A stretch of 60,940 nt of DNA, filler included, from Sphacelaria rigidula (GCA_964200075.2; 8 parts of 8 records of this genome joined end to end with filler, not necessarily neighbours in it), one strand, 5' to 3'; shown: positions 12,201 to 23,329, counted from the first letter of the whole stretch. Notes: generated from the sequence alone by a model not told the origin. Translations and numbers: made by a program.

Positions 12201-13674
12201 AATGATGTACTCATCCTCGTCAAACTTGTCGAGCTCGTCCTTGAGCCAGTCCATGTTGTCGAGTAAGTATTCCATGCAGTACACCAGGCCTCCATTGGGT
12301 CCCAGTTCTAGCTCTTCCATCGCATCCTCCAGGGTGATCAGATCTAACGGGAGCCCAGCAGTGAGAGCAAGCCGGCGGGTTGTCGGGTTGGCGACCACCC
12401 AGGCGCGGCGCACATTGGTATTTTGGTGCGTCGGTTATCCATGCAGGGGACTGCTGCGCAGAGTAGACACCGTGAACAGCAAAGGTGTGCCTTCATGGGA
12501 CTGGTCACGACCCAGATCTAACAACATGATACTTTCACTCAGATGACAGAATCTGAACTGGAAATGTATATAATTTTCCGATGCTTTCCAAACGGACATT
12601 TTGGCAAGTAAAAAAACGTGACATGATCGACTAAACCCGTCTGCAAAAGTACCCTCTGTCACACCTGCAACCGATACCCTACAAGTCACGTGGTACAGTA
12701 AGAGTCCATCACCTCGGATGTCAAAGGCAACCTCATACTCGAAGGTCTCGGCGGCTGGGTCGAGGTTGACCACGTGCACAGACCGTCGAGAGTTTTGGCA
12801 GTGCTCCTGAATCACCTTGCAATACGTTGACTTTCCCGTCCCCGCGGGTCCCATGACCATCTGACCAAGTCAAATGGTTGACAACATACGACAGGCGTAT
12901 AAAAACAAAAAGATTAATGAGCTTTGACGTGGTTATTGCGCGTCCTCAAACACGTCCAAAAGCTACTAATCACGAAATGTGATGTTAAATTGATGACGGC
13001 ATGACAGGAGGATGGCGACATGTATTTTACAACAGCACTGCTCGTGCACATCGCACACTGCGCTCGCTGTACACTATGGCACGGAGGTGCAGTACACCGA
13101 AACTGTGTTTTTAAAGAGCAGTTGGCTGCCTTGAATAATTCACACCGATGTATACCATTGTGATCCCTGTAGTGATTGTGTTAGGAGCGATCTTCGCCTG
13201 AAGCAGTTAGTGCTTGCTCCAAGCTGCGTCGTTTGTCACGGTAAAAGTTCATTGACCAGGTCAAGGTCGGCAACAGGGGTAAGCTGAATCTGCACGGCAC
13301 ATGTTGAACAGGGATGCCGATCAAGTCACAAGGAACAACAGCTGGCTGCAATAAGACAGGGCCGCCGAAGAACCATCTCGCGCAAGACTTGCATGTGTTG
13401 CGGAATACTTGAAACGTAGAAGACCAAATGCATCTCACGTAGGACGACGGATCTTCCCCGGTACTATTTGACTGCCACAGCACAGATGCTTGCCCAATGC
13501 AGCGGGTACTCGTACAGTACAGTACCCGTTACCACCAGCTGCGGAGGATCGTCATTTCCTTGTGTGGTCGGTATCGTAGAGCTGTCGCAATAGATTCTGG
13601 GACGAAAAAGTGGTGAAGTTGCTTGTATGAAACATGGCATGGCTTCATACACATACCTGGCAACATTTCCCCAT
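7916..13674 (-). CDS. GPN3: GPN-loop GTPase 3 gene, 3'-truncated by the contig end; join(13674-13657,12860-12713,12343-12183,11724-11671,11382-11218,10506-10281,8061-7916)
   Basis: Spliced product [20 protein letters not shown]...VNLDPAAE...[14 protein letters not shown]...[13 protein letters not shown]...[32 protein letters not shown]...[15 protein letters not shown]. It has the P-loop, GPN loop, DxPGQ and TKxD motifs. All junctions are GT-AG and phase-consistent. Confidence 0.93.
8920..9590. repeat. Two diverged tandem copies (~8920-9175 and ~9360-9590) of a non-autonomous element, separated by a (GT)n tract
   Basis: Shared blocks aatcaagtaat..ggttccgcgtaca..acttcaa.gcacaaac..gaaattt..gcac..gggctgtat.aatggg..cgccagatatccggg. 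Confidence 0.7.
9208..9277. repeat. (GT)n microsatellite, ~35 units
   Basis: Directly visible, with one GC interruption. Confidence 0.98.
9590..9790 (-). mobile_element. Retroposon fragment ending in the LINE-type 3' tail with a C-run
   Basis: Reverse complement gctccgtctcgaaagggatgcgtggtcaatggtcagacgactaaagcaagcaacacatgagaacgcccccc is nearly the same as 15675-15748. Confidence 0.7.
9795..10090 (+). mobile_element. tRNA-related SINE; other copies ~21100-21385 (-) and a fragment at ~30095-30145
   Basis: B-box-like GGGTTTGATTCC at ~9846. The 3' part gggggagatgggttgatccct is shared with 30102-30123 and with the reverse complement of 21130-21220. Confidence 0.6.
10281..10506 (-). CDS. GPN3: GPN3 exon 6 (includes acidic insertion)
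   Basis: [19 protein letters not shown]...[25 protein letters not shown] acceptor, GTGAGA donor (phase 1). Confidence 0.8.
11218..11382 (-). CDS. GPN3: GPN3 exon 5
   Basis: [58 protein letters not shown] acceptor, GTATAG donor. Confidence 0.92.
11671..11724 (-). CDS. GPN3: GPN3 exon 4
   Basis: [21 protein letters not shown] acceptor, GTGAGG donor. Confidence 0.9.
12183..12343 (-). CDS. GPN3: GPN3 exon 3 (GPN loop)
   Basis: [57 protein letters not shown] acceptor, GTGAGT donor. Confidence 0.95.
12713..12860 (-). CDS. GPN3: GPN3 exon 2 (P-loop)
   Basis: [52 protein letters not shown] acceptor, GTGATG donor. Confidence 0.93.
13657..13674 (-). CDS. GPN3: GPN3 exon 1 (18 coding nt, MGKCCQ)
   Basis: ATG GGG AAA TGT TGC CAG|GTATGT supplies the expected ~6 residues before MVMGPAG; phase 0 matches the acceptor at 12861-12862. 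Confidence 0.75.
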
Positions 13675-15262
13675 ATTTGGGACTCCACAGAGTGATGTTG
13701 GTGTGCAGACAAGCTGATGTACAGGCGACTCGGCAGGTGCTATCGACGGAGTTGCGGGTCTGGTCGAAAAGTCATCATTTAGAGAAAATTATGACATTTG
13801 TCAGCGCGTAGCTAAACCAATACGCGCCCAGGATACTGTACCAATCTGTACTGTTGGATTGGGACGTTCTCTTCGACCGCTTCTACTGTAGTTTTCAATG
13901 GCTGCTTCTGGTGTTACGATCGTGGCCGTGAATACAGACCATCCCCGTCAGCATAACCACGCTTGAAATTTTCATGGCAGTATCGCGTCGTGAGAATTAT
14001 TTCAGCGTGATGCTGTAACCACGGACAGCGTAAGATACAAGTACGATCTTGGTCCGAAAAAAATCCAAAAGACACAGATTCGCTCGCCTCCACCCGTACC
14101 GCACGAGTACAGTACGAGCGTATCTTACGCTGCTAGAGATATGCGACGTCACAGGGTGAAAGGTCAAATATCTGAAAAATCGGGGTCGTGCGAATGCTCT
14201 TGGTAAAGATTCTGGGAAGGCCGGGCGCTGTACTACACTGCGCGGGACTTCGGATCCAGCCTGTTCTGTACTTTCTTTACAATGCATCCCCTACAACACT
14301 ACGATACGCTGCAGGACTGAACATACATCTGCGTCGTGCATATGTAGCTCCAAGTAACCGAACTCAGCCATCTTGAAACACGAGATAGACTTGCTTGTAT
14401 ACCTACACAATTTCGTCGCTTGGATGGGATAGCAGGCGCTTGCGTCTGAATACACCGTGCCTGTGCAAGGGGTGCGAGGTATTGGTTCGTGCTTCGTGCT
14501 GATGTGCTGTATCCCTACCCACTTACTGGGTATGCAGTGTATGTAATATGCACTGTGCGGGAAGAAGTTATCTGGGTCTCCTGCTTAGAGGACGCTGCTA
14601 CAGCTTTGAGCAGCAACATCCAGCGCGGTAGAAATTCCAACTTCTTCCTCTCTCCCATAAGGAAAGCCGGTTATGTTCACACAGGCCCTCAACCGTGTCC
14701 GATCCGCCAGGCGATATAGGTTTTTAAGACCTTTTGCGTTTTGTTATTTCAGGTCTCTTTTTCCTTTTCTGATTCGCGCACTACTACCGTACATGAGCGA
14801 ACGGCTGAAACAAATCAGTCGGTCCGAAAATGGACGTTCCTCGTCTCTATCGCGGGGTAAAAAACGTCACAACAGAGTTAGTTGTCCTCACCGTCACCAG
14901 AACTTGGTGCTTGGTAGTCTCAGGCCTTATTGAAGGCCTCATTGAAGAGACAACTCAACTCAGGTTGATTCCAGTCAACTCTTTCCGCCGTAACTCACCT
15001 ACGAGCTATACTTCCTCTGTCCCATAAGTCTGGGGAGTTATGTTGGGAGAGACCATTAACGGTCTCGGATGCCTTCGGCGATAATTTTTTTGGAATCTTG
15101 AGAGTCACCCTACGATAGGGGGGGGGGTATTTTGGGCCATTTGTTGCTCGAAATTTCGAGTCNNNNNNNNNNNNNNNNNNNNNNNNNNNNNNNNNNNNNN
15201 NNNNNNTTAATTAATTAANNNNNNNNNNNNNNNNNNNNNNNNNNNNNNNNNNNNNNNNNNNN

Positions 15263-15750
15263 GGATAGGGATGAAAGCATATTTGCATGGCCTAATGGAC
15301 GCTGCGAATCATATGGAAGTGCGATTTCGGGTGGGGGGCCTAGACCTGCCAGAAAGAAGAAAGAGATATACCAGTCGTCGTGTGGAGGAGGAAGTGGATT
15401 AGACAGAACTACCTCTGTGGCAAAGGGATAGAGAACAGAAGTCATATATTTGCAGAATGTGAAGGGAGAAATGCGGGATATGAATGAAGGTGGCATGAAA
15501 TCGTTTGATGCATTAGACAGCAGGTAGAAAACGATGACTATACTAGGAGATAGATGGTGGCTAGAGACGGCGAAACAGGACGGGGATAATATATGTAAAA
15601 GGTTTTTGGGTAATGTTTTGAAGAACCGTAGTGATCGCCAGTATGTGGGAGGTGTCTCTATTCGGAGTAGGAACGCTCCGTCTCGGAAGGGATGCGTGGT
15701 CGATAGTCAAACGACTAAGGCAAGCAACGAATGAGTACGCCCCCCCCTCC
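15263..15750 (+). mobile_element. Degenerate LINE ORF2 C-terminus and 3' end
   Basis: Translates, with stops and frameshifts, as IGMKAYLHGLMD...RFRVGGLDLPERRKRYTS...CGKGIENRSHIFAEC (CCHC knuckle)...TILGDRWW...[28 protein letters not shown], then a C-run. Confidence 0.8.
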
Positions 15751-16309
15751 CGAGGTGACCGAACAGGATCTGGATTGATGTGAAAAGAAAGGCGGAGGGT
15801 GTAGTATCGTGAAGAAGCAAAAGAGGGGGGGCATTCAACATTTCGGGTGCTTGGTGAGGATGCGAACGAAGAACTGACCGCAACAAATGCTTGTCACGCA
15901 TGGGTTCGTCCCCCCGCAGTCGCGACAGCGGAACTATGCGCCTTGGTATCCGTCCTATTTCAAGAAACGCTTGCACTATCGCTCCCGGGCGTTCGGGGCT
16001 TCTTCACCTGAACGACATTCGTCGGAAAACGTTGTGAAAGCGGTTCTACGGTAGGATGGGGGGCGGGGGGAACGTTTGACGTTTTTGAGTCACTTGTTGC
16101 AGAAGAGATCGCTTTGAAGCGTTACTTCACACAGCAACGTTCAGTCGAATATTCTTGTTACCAGTATAATGCACGCGTTCACACGACCCGGCAACGACGT
16201 TTTCAGCCACATATGACACAAGCGCACCACGAGTGTGTGATGCTCTGTGTACCATACCCCTCAAACTCCTGCGTTTACTGCAACCCCCCCCCCGGCATGG
16301 CGGTGACGC

Positions 16310-16612
16310 ACCCATGAGGCAGTGTAGAAGCCGTGGCTGTGTCTGGAACTTGCGATACCACAAAATAAAGCAACTCATTATTGGCTGTCATCCAACTGAA
16401 AAATTATCAGTAGGCTTCGAGCCGAACAATCTTAGCAGGGTGCAGCTCACCCTTCATGCGACTCGCCGAGCACATCACGGCGCTTCGCGTGGTTTGAGTG
16501 CGAGCCTGGTCCGACGAAAACCCGGCGTGCTCCGTCCCGGCGTTGTAGGGATGCGAGGCCAATGGTCTCATGACTATCGCGGCATGATCATGAGTACACC
16601 CCCCCCCCGCCT
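16310..16612 (+). mobile_element. Retroposon (LINE 3' fragment or SINE) with C-rich tail, copy 1
   Basis: Co-linear with 18425-18720 (catgaggcagtgta...ggcttcg.gccg...acccttcatgcg.ctcg...cccggcgtgctccgtcccggcgttgtagggatgcga...catga.tacacccccc). Confidence 0.75.
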
Positions 16613-16792
16613 CCTTTCGCCCCGTTTTTGAAGAAGCAATTTGGACGTGTCTCCTATAGATATAAAATGTTTGATACCCCGCTCCCAAGCTCTCAAGTGT
16701 CGATCTTGGGCTCGCTTGATATACCCGAGACCAATCTAATATGTGGGGTAGTCTGACGTCATTTGACGATATGTATGCTGGGTACCACACAG

Positions 16793-16921
16793 TCACACGC
16801 CGCGGACACGAACGGAGACAAACTAATGGATCGGCTGGAGGTAAACGCCCGTCTGCCGCTAGCGGATGACGAGGAAGTACACTCTCTCAAGATGCTGGTC
16901 TTCCTCCGCTCTCGCCTGAGG
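16793..16921 (+). CDS. TMEM231: TMEM231 internal exon
   Basis: 43 codons; CAG acceptor, GTAAGC donor. Confidence 0.85.
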
Positions 16922-19900
16922 GTAAGCTCGTTCTGGGCAAACTTGATTTTCCTTCGGTCGCAGCATACTCTCATGAGGTTTTGGACTATAGGATTTTCTA
17001 TAGATAACATATCCACTGATCTTAACAGTCAGCGAGTCAGCGCTGACTGTTAAGCTCAGTGGATATGTTGTATATATCACAAAAGTACAACCGGGGTCCG
17101 ACAGCTGGTTAGACTGTTGGACTCCGGGTTCTACCCGAGGGTTGTAATCCCTCTAACCAGCGCTGCCCCAAGCGGTTCGTCGGCTTACAGGCGGAAACAT
17201 GTGACTCCGTCCTGACGACTGGTGATGTGTACCATGCTTTCAGGTGTGTACCCCAGACTTTCTCTCAGATTTTTGTTTTTCTTCAGAAAAAGGCGACAAG
17301 ATGGTCTCGGAGGAATCGAACCCCGGTTGTACTTTTGTGAGATATGCAGCACATCCACTGAGCTAAACAGTCAGCGCTGACTGTTTAGCTCAGTTGTTGT
17401 TGTTGTTGTTGTTGTTGTTTTCTTCGCATTAAAGACCGTTCCGATATCTGCGCGGTACATTCGTACTGGGCATCTGATGCGGACGCCTTCTGTGGTCACA
17501 GGCCAGCGAAAAAAACAAAAACAAAGAAAAAATATACAAAACGCGATACAAGCAAAACAGCAATAAATAATAAAGAAGAAAGGGAGTACATATGGCTAAC
17601 CTCAGAAAATCCGGTGCCGCAGGTGGCCATTTGGACTTCAGGGGGTGGATATGCTGTAAATCTAACATAGTATCATTATACTTGTGTTTTCCCGGGCTGG
17701 TTTCTCGAAGTTTTGGCGCTTGTTTGTTGCGTTTCCGCGGGAGTGGTGCTCGTGGCGCTCGTGTCTCACTCCCGCCGAGCTCGAGATTTTGATTTCATGA
17801 CCAATCAGCGTGACCCCCGGGACGATGATTCGCAGAGAGAACGTAAAATGGTTGCCATGCGTGGGCTGTTCGTCACTAGTATTACAGTCATCACAAGCTC
17901 ATTATTATGGTACCAATGTTTTGTCTCGATAAGACGGAGCCTAAGCACGAAGTTGTTGTGCCATACAAATATGATGGGCGCTGTATGCGTTTCCCCCCCC
18001 CGTCTCTTGTTGCGATCTGACATACATGTGTATATTTTCATCGCGGCCTTTCCCCCCGAGCTGTAGTTTTACACTTGGGTGACCGTATGTACAGGGGATT
18101 ACCCAGCAAAAAGCTTAGGTCCCCCGGTTCTTCCTCTCGAGGGTGCTCGATGGTCTAAGAGCTCATGCAACGAAGAAATGAAAAGTTCCTCATTACCCGC
18201 CCCCCGACTCCCGCCTTCGCTGCTCCCTTTTGAGGCTTGGCGTCGGTTGGCAACGACGCTATACCACACGCTGCGTAAGCTAGGCAACTGGTTCATCACG
18301 TTTTTTCTCACTTGTTGCGGTAATCATGATGGCGGTCGAGCTAGATTATATTGTGCGGGATGGAGAAGCCCAACTCCCCGCAAAGGGGATGATCATACTA
18401 CGTAGCGCTTTGATGTTGAGACACTCATGAGGCAGTGTAACCTACGGCTGTCTCCGGAAGTGGCGATACCAGATAATGGATGACCTCATTCGAGGCTTTC
18501 CTCCATGTTCAAGATAATCAGTAGGCTTCGGGCCGGAAAATCTCAGCAGGATGCAGCTTACCCTTCATGCGGCTCGTCGAACACACCACGGCGCTTTGCG
18601 CTTGATGATTGAGTGCGAGCCTGGTTCGGCGAAACCCCGGCGTGCTCCGTCCCGGCGTTGTAGGGATGCGAAATCAATGGTCTTATGACTACGTCATGTA
18701 AGATCATGAATACACCCCCCTTCTCATATCACATTCGCCCGTCTTCGGGTCTGTACCTGTTCTCCTAATTCTCTCAGGACCGTGCAAAGGTGGAAATGGA
18801 CGCCGTCGCCTACGTCGAACACGGAGGGGCCCTCGCCGGGGGCTCGGCCCGGGTGGATGGGGACTTGCGCTTGAGACAAGCTTGGCCGCTCAGCGTATAC
18901 GGAGGTTGTTGCTTCCTTCCCTAATAGCGTAACGGTAACGGGGTATTTTCTGAACCGTGGACCCGCGAACATTAAGAGCGGAATACATCCAAGGAAGCTC
19001 GATTGTGAGTAGATCGAAAGGAAGACACTGCGCCGTAACACAAGTATTTTATCGCTTCGTTATTCATCTTCGTCGCACGGCCAACCTCTCCCATCCTCGG
19101 GACGAATCCATGGTCCCAAGGAATCAACCAACCTCTTCGCCAGTGCATGCCTTGCATTCTGATGTCACCTATTGGAATAGCGCTTCCGCGCCATGTCGGC
19201 TCTTGCCAAGACCAAATTCTTGTGACATCAACACGTTCACGTTTTCAACGGCGGACAGCAGACACGTTTAAGGGTCGTAATATTAACCGGACTTTGTTTT
19301 GGACTTTTTATCTGGTTATTTGTTTTTACCTGATCGGAAAATATTTCGACTTTTTCGAGGAAAATAAAAAGCAAGCATGTAGTCAGTCTTAGATTGTGAC
19401 ATTTTTTCACCTGGTGGAGAGATCTGTTGTCCATTTTTTCGGGGTGAAAGTTGTTTTTTCGAAAGAGTCGAAAAGGCCTGGCAAAATAGCCCCTCGAATA
19501 ATGACCCTAAGAAAAGACCATATGCCGGGTTTCGAACCCGTACAGTACTATTCCTTCCTAAAATACTTTCCACGATAGTTCTCCCCCAAACCAGCCTACA
19601 ACTATCACGAAAAAGATGGTTATACAGCGCCTGATGTTTGTATTCAGTCTGCATGAAGCGCCTCATACGGGCGACATTGGCGAGAACGGACCCAAGCGTG
19701 GGGATGCTCAGCTGCTCGCTGTGCTCGGCTTTTTTCATTCCGATTTACGTGTAGATTTCGCCTCCCCAAAACAGCCACTTGTATTTGGGGGGGGCTATCG
19801 TAGAAAGTGTCGGCCGTCGTGGTTTTGTTCGGAGGTTGTAAGCACATGTCTGATTTACGATTTGTACGTATGCATGCGCTTGTGGAGCGCCATCCCCCGC

Positions 19901-22134
19901 CCGGGGTTTCGCGGGGAAATATACTCTGCGCGTTCGTCCGCTCTCCCTACGTATACTGTAAGCTTTGTTGTTGGCGAAGCTTTGTTGTTGGCGAACTTCA
20001 CGACGTGGCTTGTTACACTGATTGCATCTCACGCGAGATCTTTAGTCTCGCTGATGTCTGTTCCGTTCATCTGATATCTCTGATGGCGTGTTCAGGCTAC
20101 CGCTACCCGTATCGAGAGAATCCGTTGTTGGACGCTGGTACCGTCACCTCCGCCGGGCAAGTGCTGTTTTCGACGCTCCTGGAGCAGTACTCTTCACGAA
20201 ATCGTGAGATACTGCTACTCTGTATAAAGGATCGTTTTCCTGTGCCGTTTTGTACCGTATAGAGACCAAGACCATACTTCGCAGCGGTGTGTTTTTTTGG
20301 TGTCCGCTCCAGCCGCTGCCTGCGGGTCAGTGGCGATACAGTATCAGTCCGGCCGAATGCAGGATGTTTTTGGATGTGGCGCACATGTAAGCGTGGTTTG
20401 TTTCCAATCGCCCGCGCAGGAAGAAATCACAAGCGCGCAGGAATCACAAAGCTGTTTGAGGGGGACATTGATGAGTTACGCTTCGCCTCGTCCGACAGCC
20501 CCACAGAAATAATCGTCCCGTGCACGCGCTCTCGTCTCACCTTGTGTATACCGACCTCCCTTCGATGAGAGATTTCCGCGCTTTTTGTGTCGAAGGTTGT
20601 CGACGAGTATGTCGCCTTGCCGTCCTTGCCGTTCCCCAGAAGTTGCGGATTTTTCTAGCGACCAGCTTCCACCACAAGCAAAACCCAAACGTCAACATAC
20701 GCTCAAGAATACTTTCCTTCGTTCACATGGATATATTCGTTGCAAATTGATCACCTTGTCCAGTAACTCTAGACTTTGAGCCTCGGTACGCCGTATGGGA
20801 GCGGGCGCCTTCCTACGCTACTCTCGGAGGGGGTGGCGCGGGTGCAACCTCGTCGCGGGTGCTGAATGTAACCGCCGTTCTGAGAATAAACCAGCAGCCC
20901 GTGCTCTACACGCCGCCCGTGTCCGAGGTGCTTCAATCTGGGTGGAGCAAGGTGCGTGTATGTGTTTTGCGCGTTACACAGAGTACTCAAGCAGCTGCCA
21001 CTAGGGTCGGGAAGTGGTGGGCGCGGTGGGCGATGTGTACCGGACGTATCTCACCTGCGACATTCTCATTTTGTCCTCTTTGTGACATATCGTTTACTCC
21101 TCCGTTCCCCAGGACGGGTCGGGGGTTTGAAAGAATCAATCCATCTCCCCCCCCCCCGGTATATTGCGCCTGCCATTTTGACATCGAGGATTGGATCAGC
21201 ACTCTCACACCGCGTTGATTTCCGCCAAGTTATCTCTCCAGCTGTATTTGCACGTCCTCACGTTTACAACTGCCGAAATAAGATACTTTTTTTTTCCAAA
21301 AAACAAAATCGCACCTGCTGGGATTGCAATCTTCCACTCTGCTCCAACCAGTCTTGAGCTATACGGGGTAGACAGACCGTCGCAGCGCGCCGACATACGT
21401 GGAACGGTATTATGTTGCAGTCCTGGAGTACGGGATGTACCTCGCGTGTGCCCTTTAGTCATGCTACGATAGGGGGGGGGGTTGATTCCACGAAAAAATG
21501 GGTTCATGGATGTTTCAGACGACCTAGCACACTCGCGGTGCGCTTGTACTTGGGTATAAGCGATGTCAAGTAGTATGAATGAGCGTTATTTACCAGAAGC
21601 AAGTGCGTTCGAACAACCGTTGCTGCTGTTAACGACGATTTCAAATATAATTTTGTGGAAGAAAACGGTCCAAGATACCCCTGCCCTATCGTAGCATGAC
21701 TCCATTGCAACAGGGTGATCGACAGCGTGTCGAATACGCGAGAATGCTTGTGAAAGAGGTGGTCGCCGTCGATCGCCCTGTTGCAGCGAGACAGGTGGTC
21801 TATGGAATCTGTGATGTGGTCGCCGAGGCGCGCGAAGTCGCCAGTGATACAGATGGTCTATGAAATCTGCCACCATGCACGTTTCACCGCCTAGAGGAGC
21901 GGGTGTTAGACGGGACATGGTGCAAGGGCCATTGATTCCTTGTCGCTTTTGGCCATCCTTCAACTCCTGTTCGGTGTACCCAACCTGTCGTCTCTTTCCA
22001 CCCCCTTCTTTCCTGGGCCGTGCCCGCGCACGATTCTCTTCCCCCCGCTCCCGCTCTGGCGGCAGTACGTCGTCATGCTGGCGGTGGTGCTGTTTATGGT
22101 GGATACCCTGTCTGCATTCGTTTTCAGGCACCAG
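16793..22134 (+). CDS. TMEM231: Transmembrane protein 231 (ciliary transition zone, MKS module), partial; join(16793-16921,18778-18904,20096-20203,20764-20951,22066-22134)
   Basis: Spliced product SHAADTNGDKLMDRLEVNARLPLADDEEVHSLKMLVFLRSRLR-DRAKVEMDAVAYVE...VDGDLRLRQAWPL...LLEQYSSRNLTLDF...VLYTPPVSEVLQSGWSK-YVVMLAVVLFMVDTLSAFVFRHQ. It parallels TMEM231 motifs DxNxDGKxD..LPL..E.V, NGDLRLxQ, YxxRN, YxPxxWE..W.QY and FVFxNQ. All junctions are GT-AG and in phase. Confidence 0.88.
17006..17394. mobile_element. tRNA(Val-CAC)-like SINE on the minus strand with an inverted second head and terminal palindromes
   Basis: Minus-strand head TAGCTCAGTGG (A box)...ctCACaa...GGTTCGATTCC (B box) at 17366-17311; a second head in the opposite orientation at 17041-17096. 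Confidence 0.7.
18425..18720 (+). mobile_element. Retroposon with C-rich tail, copy 2
   Basis: Co-linear with 16310-16612; lies in a TMEM231 intron. Confidence 0.75.
18778..18904 (+). CDS. TMEM231: TMEM231 internal exon
   Basis: DRAKVEMDAVAYVEHGGALAGGSARVDGDLRLRQAWPLSVYG; CAG acceptor, phase-1 donor. Confidence 0.85.
19590..19795 (+). repeat. Interspersed repeat; second copy at ~45465-45682
   Basis: Shared atacagcg.ctgatgtttg...gaagcgcctc..acgggcgacatt.gcga.aacg...tgtgctcggcttttt...cgatttacgtgtagattt.gc.tcccca. Confidence 0.8.
20096..20203 (+). CDS. TMEM231: TMEM231 internal exon
   Basis: GYRYPYRENPLLDAGTVTSAGQVLFSTLLEQYSSRN; CAG acceptor, GTGAGA donor. Confidence 0.83.
20764..20951 (+). 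CDS. TMEM231: TMEM231 internal exon
   Basis: LTLDFEPRYAVWERAP...VLNVTAVLRINQQPVLYTPPVSEVLQSGWSK; CAG acceptor, GTGCGT donor. Confidence 0.85.
21456..21702. mobile_element. Sola-like MITE family S1 (copies at 58067-58327 and truncated at 15102-15162)
   Basis: TIR (G)AGTCATGCTACGATAGGG / CCCTATCGTAGCATGACTC; flanks cctt/catt (4-bp TSD, one mismatch); interior co-linear with 58067-58327. Confidence 0.75.
22066..22134 (+). CDS. TMEM231: TMEM231 exon (second TM helix)
   Basis: YVVMLAVVLFMVDTLSAFVFRHQ; pyrimidine tract plus CAG, GTATGC donor. Confidence 0.85.
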
Positions 22135-22264
22135 GTATGCTTACTCAAGATATCTACTTTTGCTGCAACCCTGCGCGCATGCAAACCTCGAGGATGCGAA
22201 GGGCAACCGAACACCCTTTGCCCCATTTCCCGTGCAGTGCTTTTACATGTTCTGCTATGGACTG

Positions 22265-22792
22265 GTGCTACGAGGTGCACAAGACGTTTCTGAGGTTCGA
22301 ATTGATAGAAGCCCGCTTTCTCATCCAAAAAAACGACTCATGAAAAATGTGTGAGAGCACGCCACGATTAGCATTCCTATGGGCGAGGGATATCCCACAT
22401 GAATTTGAAAACCGGAATTTCACTACCCATATTCTTGTGGAGCTCCTGATTTTAGGAGCCCCTGAGAACGAGAAATATCTTGGCCCATACGTACAATCTT
22501 TACCGTAGCGTGATCCTGTGCCAAGGACGAACGTATCGCATGTACCGGGATAGCCAAACTGCACGCCTCTCCCAAATCACTGCAGAGAAGGTCTTCGGAC
22601 TTCGCCCGTGCAAGATCTCCTTGATTCTTTCCAAGAGTGACAAAATTAATACCCCAAGCGTGGGTAAATCCCGCGAAATATCGTTCCCGACGAAGAAACG
22701 GATGAGAGTCCAGAAAAAGAAGGAGTTGAGCAATGCTACGGTAGGGGTGCACTTTTTTCGCGAAATTTTGTCTAGTTCAGGGGCTCCTAACG
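22265..22792. mobile_element. Two copies of MITE family S2 (degenerate ~22265-22515; inverted and truncated 22728-22792)
   Basis: Match to 46762-47018 (ctcatccaaaa..cgactcatgaaaa..tgtg..gggatatccc..acccatattcttgtg..ttaggagcccctga; TIR gagcaatgctacggtaggggtgcac). Confidence 0.75.
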
Positions 22793-23329
22793 NNNNNNNN
22801 NNNNNNNNNNNNNNNNNNNNNNNNNNNNNNNNNNNNTTAATTAATTAANNNNNNNNNNNNNNNNNNNNNNNNNNNNNNNNNNNNNNNNNNNNTGCCTTTG
22901 CCCACGTGTTGATTTCTTTTTCGCATTCCTTGTCGAACTCCGTGCTTGTTTCTGGTGTTCCTAGTCTTTGCGCGGAGGGGCGGGGGGGGCTACGGCGACG
23001 CCGGGAAAAGAGAGAGGAGACCCTTTGGAGGGTTTGGGGTAGCACACGTCTCTTCATCAGGCAACCGTCAAGGCGCACAAGGAAGTAAAGCACACCGCAG
23101 GATTTTGCATAGAGCCATGCTGGTGACCCTCGCATGTGGCACCTAACTTGCCACGAGTCTTTCGCATCGGTTCACGCTTGGAAAACACGACCTGGTCATT
23201 TCGTACTTTTTCATTTGAATACACAATCGACAGTGTGGCAGACGGCCGACAGCAAACACGGCGCGTGTTGCCAGCATGGAGAGGAGGCTGTACGGTATGG
23301 TGTATGTACAATGCCGCGTATTCAACAAG

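Noticed and set aside
15970..16055. Possible additional upstream TMEM231 exon ending ...VVKAVLR|GTAGGA
   Set aside because: The donor phase (2) does not match the phase-0 acceptor at 16793, and the similarity is unconvincing.
17305..17376. tRNA-Val(CAC) gene
   Set aside because: A and B boxes are present but the acceptor and anticodon stems do not pair properly, and it continues into a SINE body. The same applies to ~7235-7305, ~9810-9865 and ~25005-25070.
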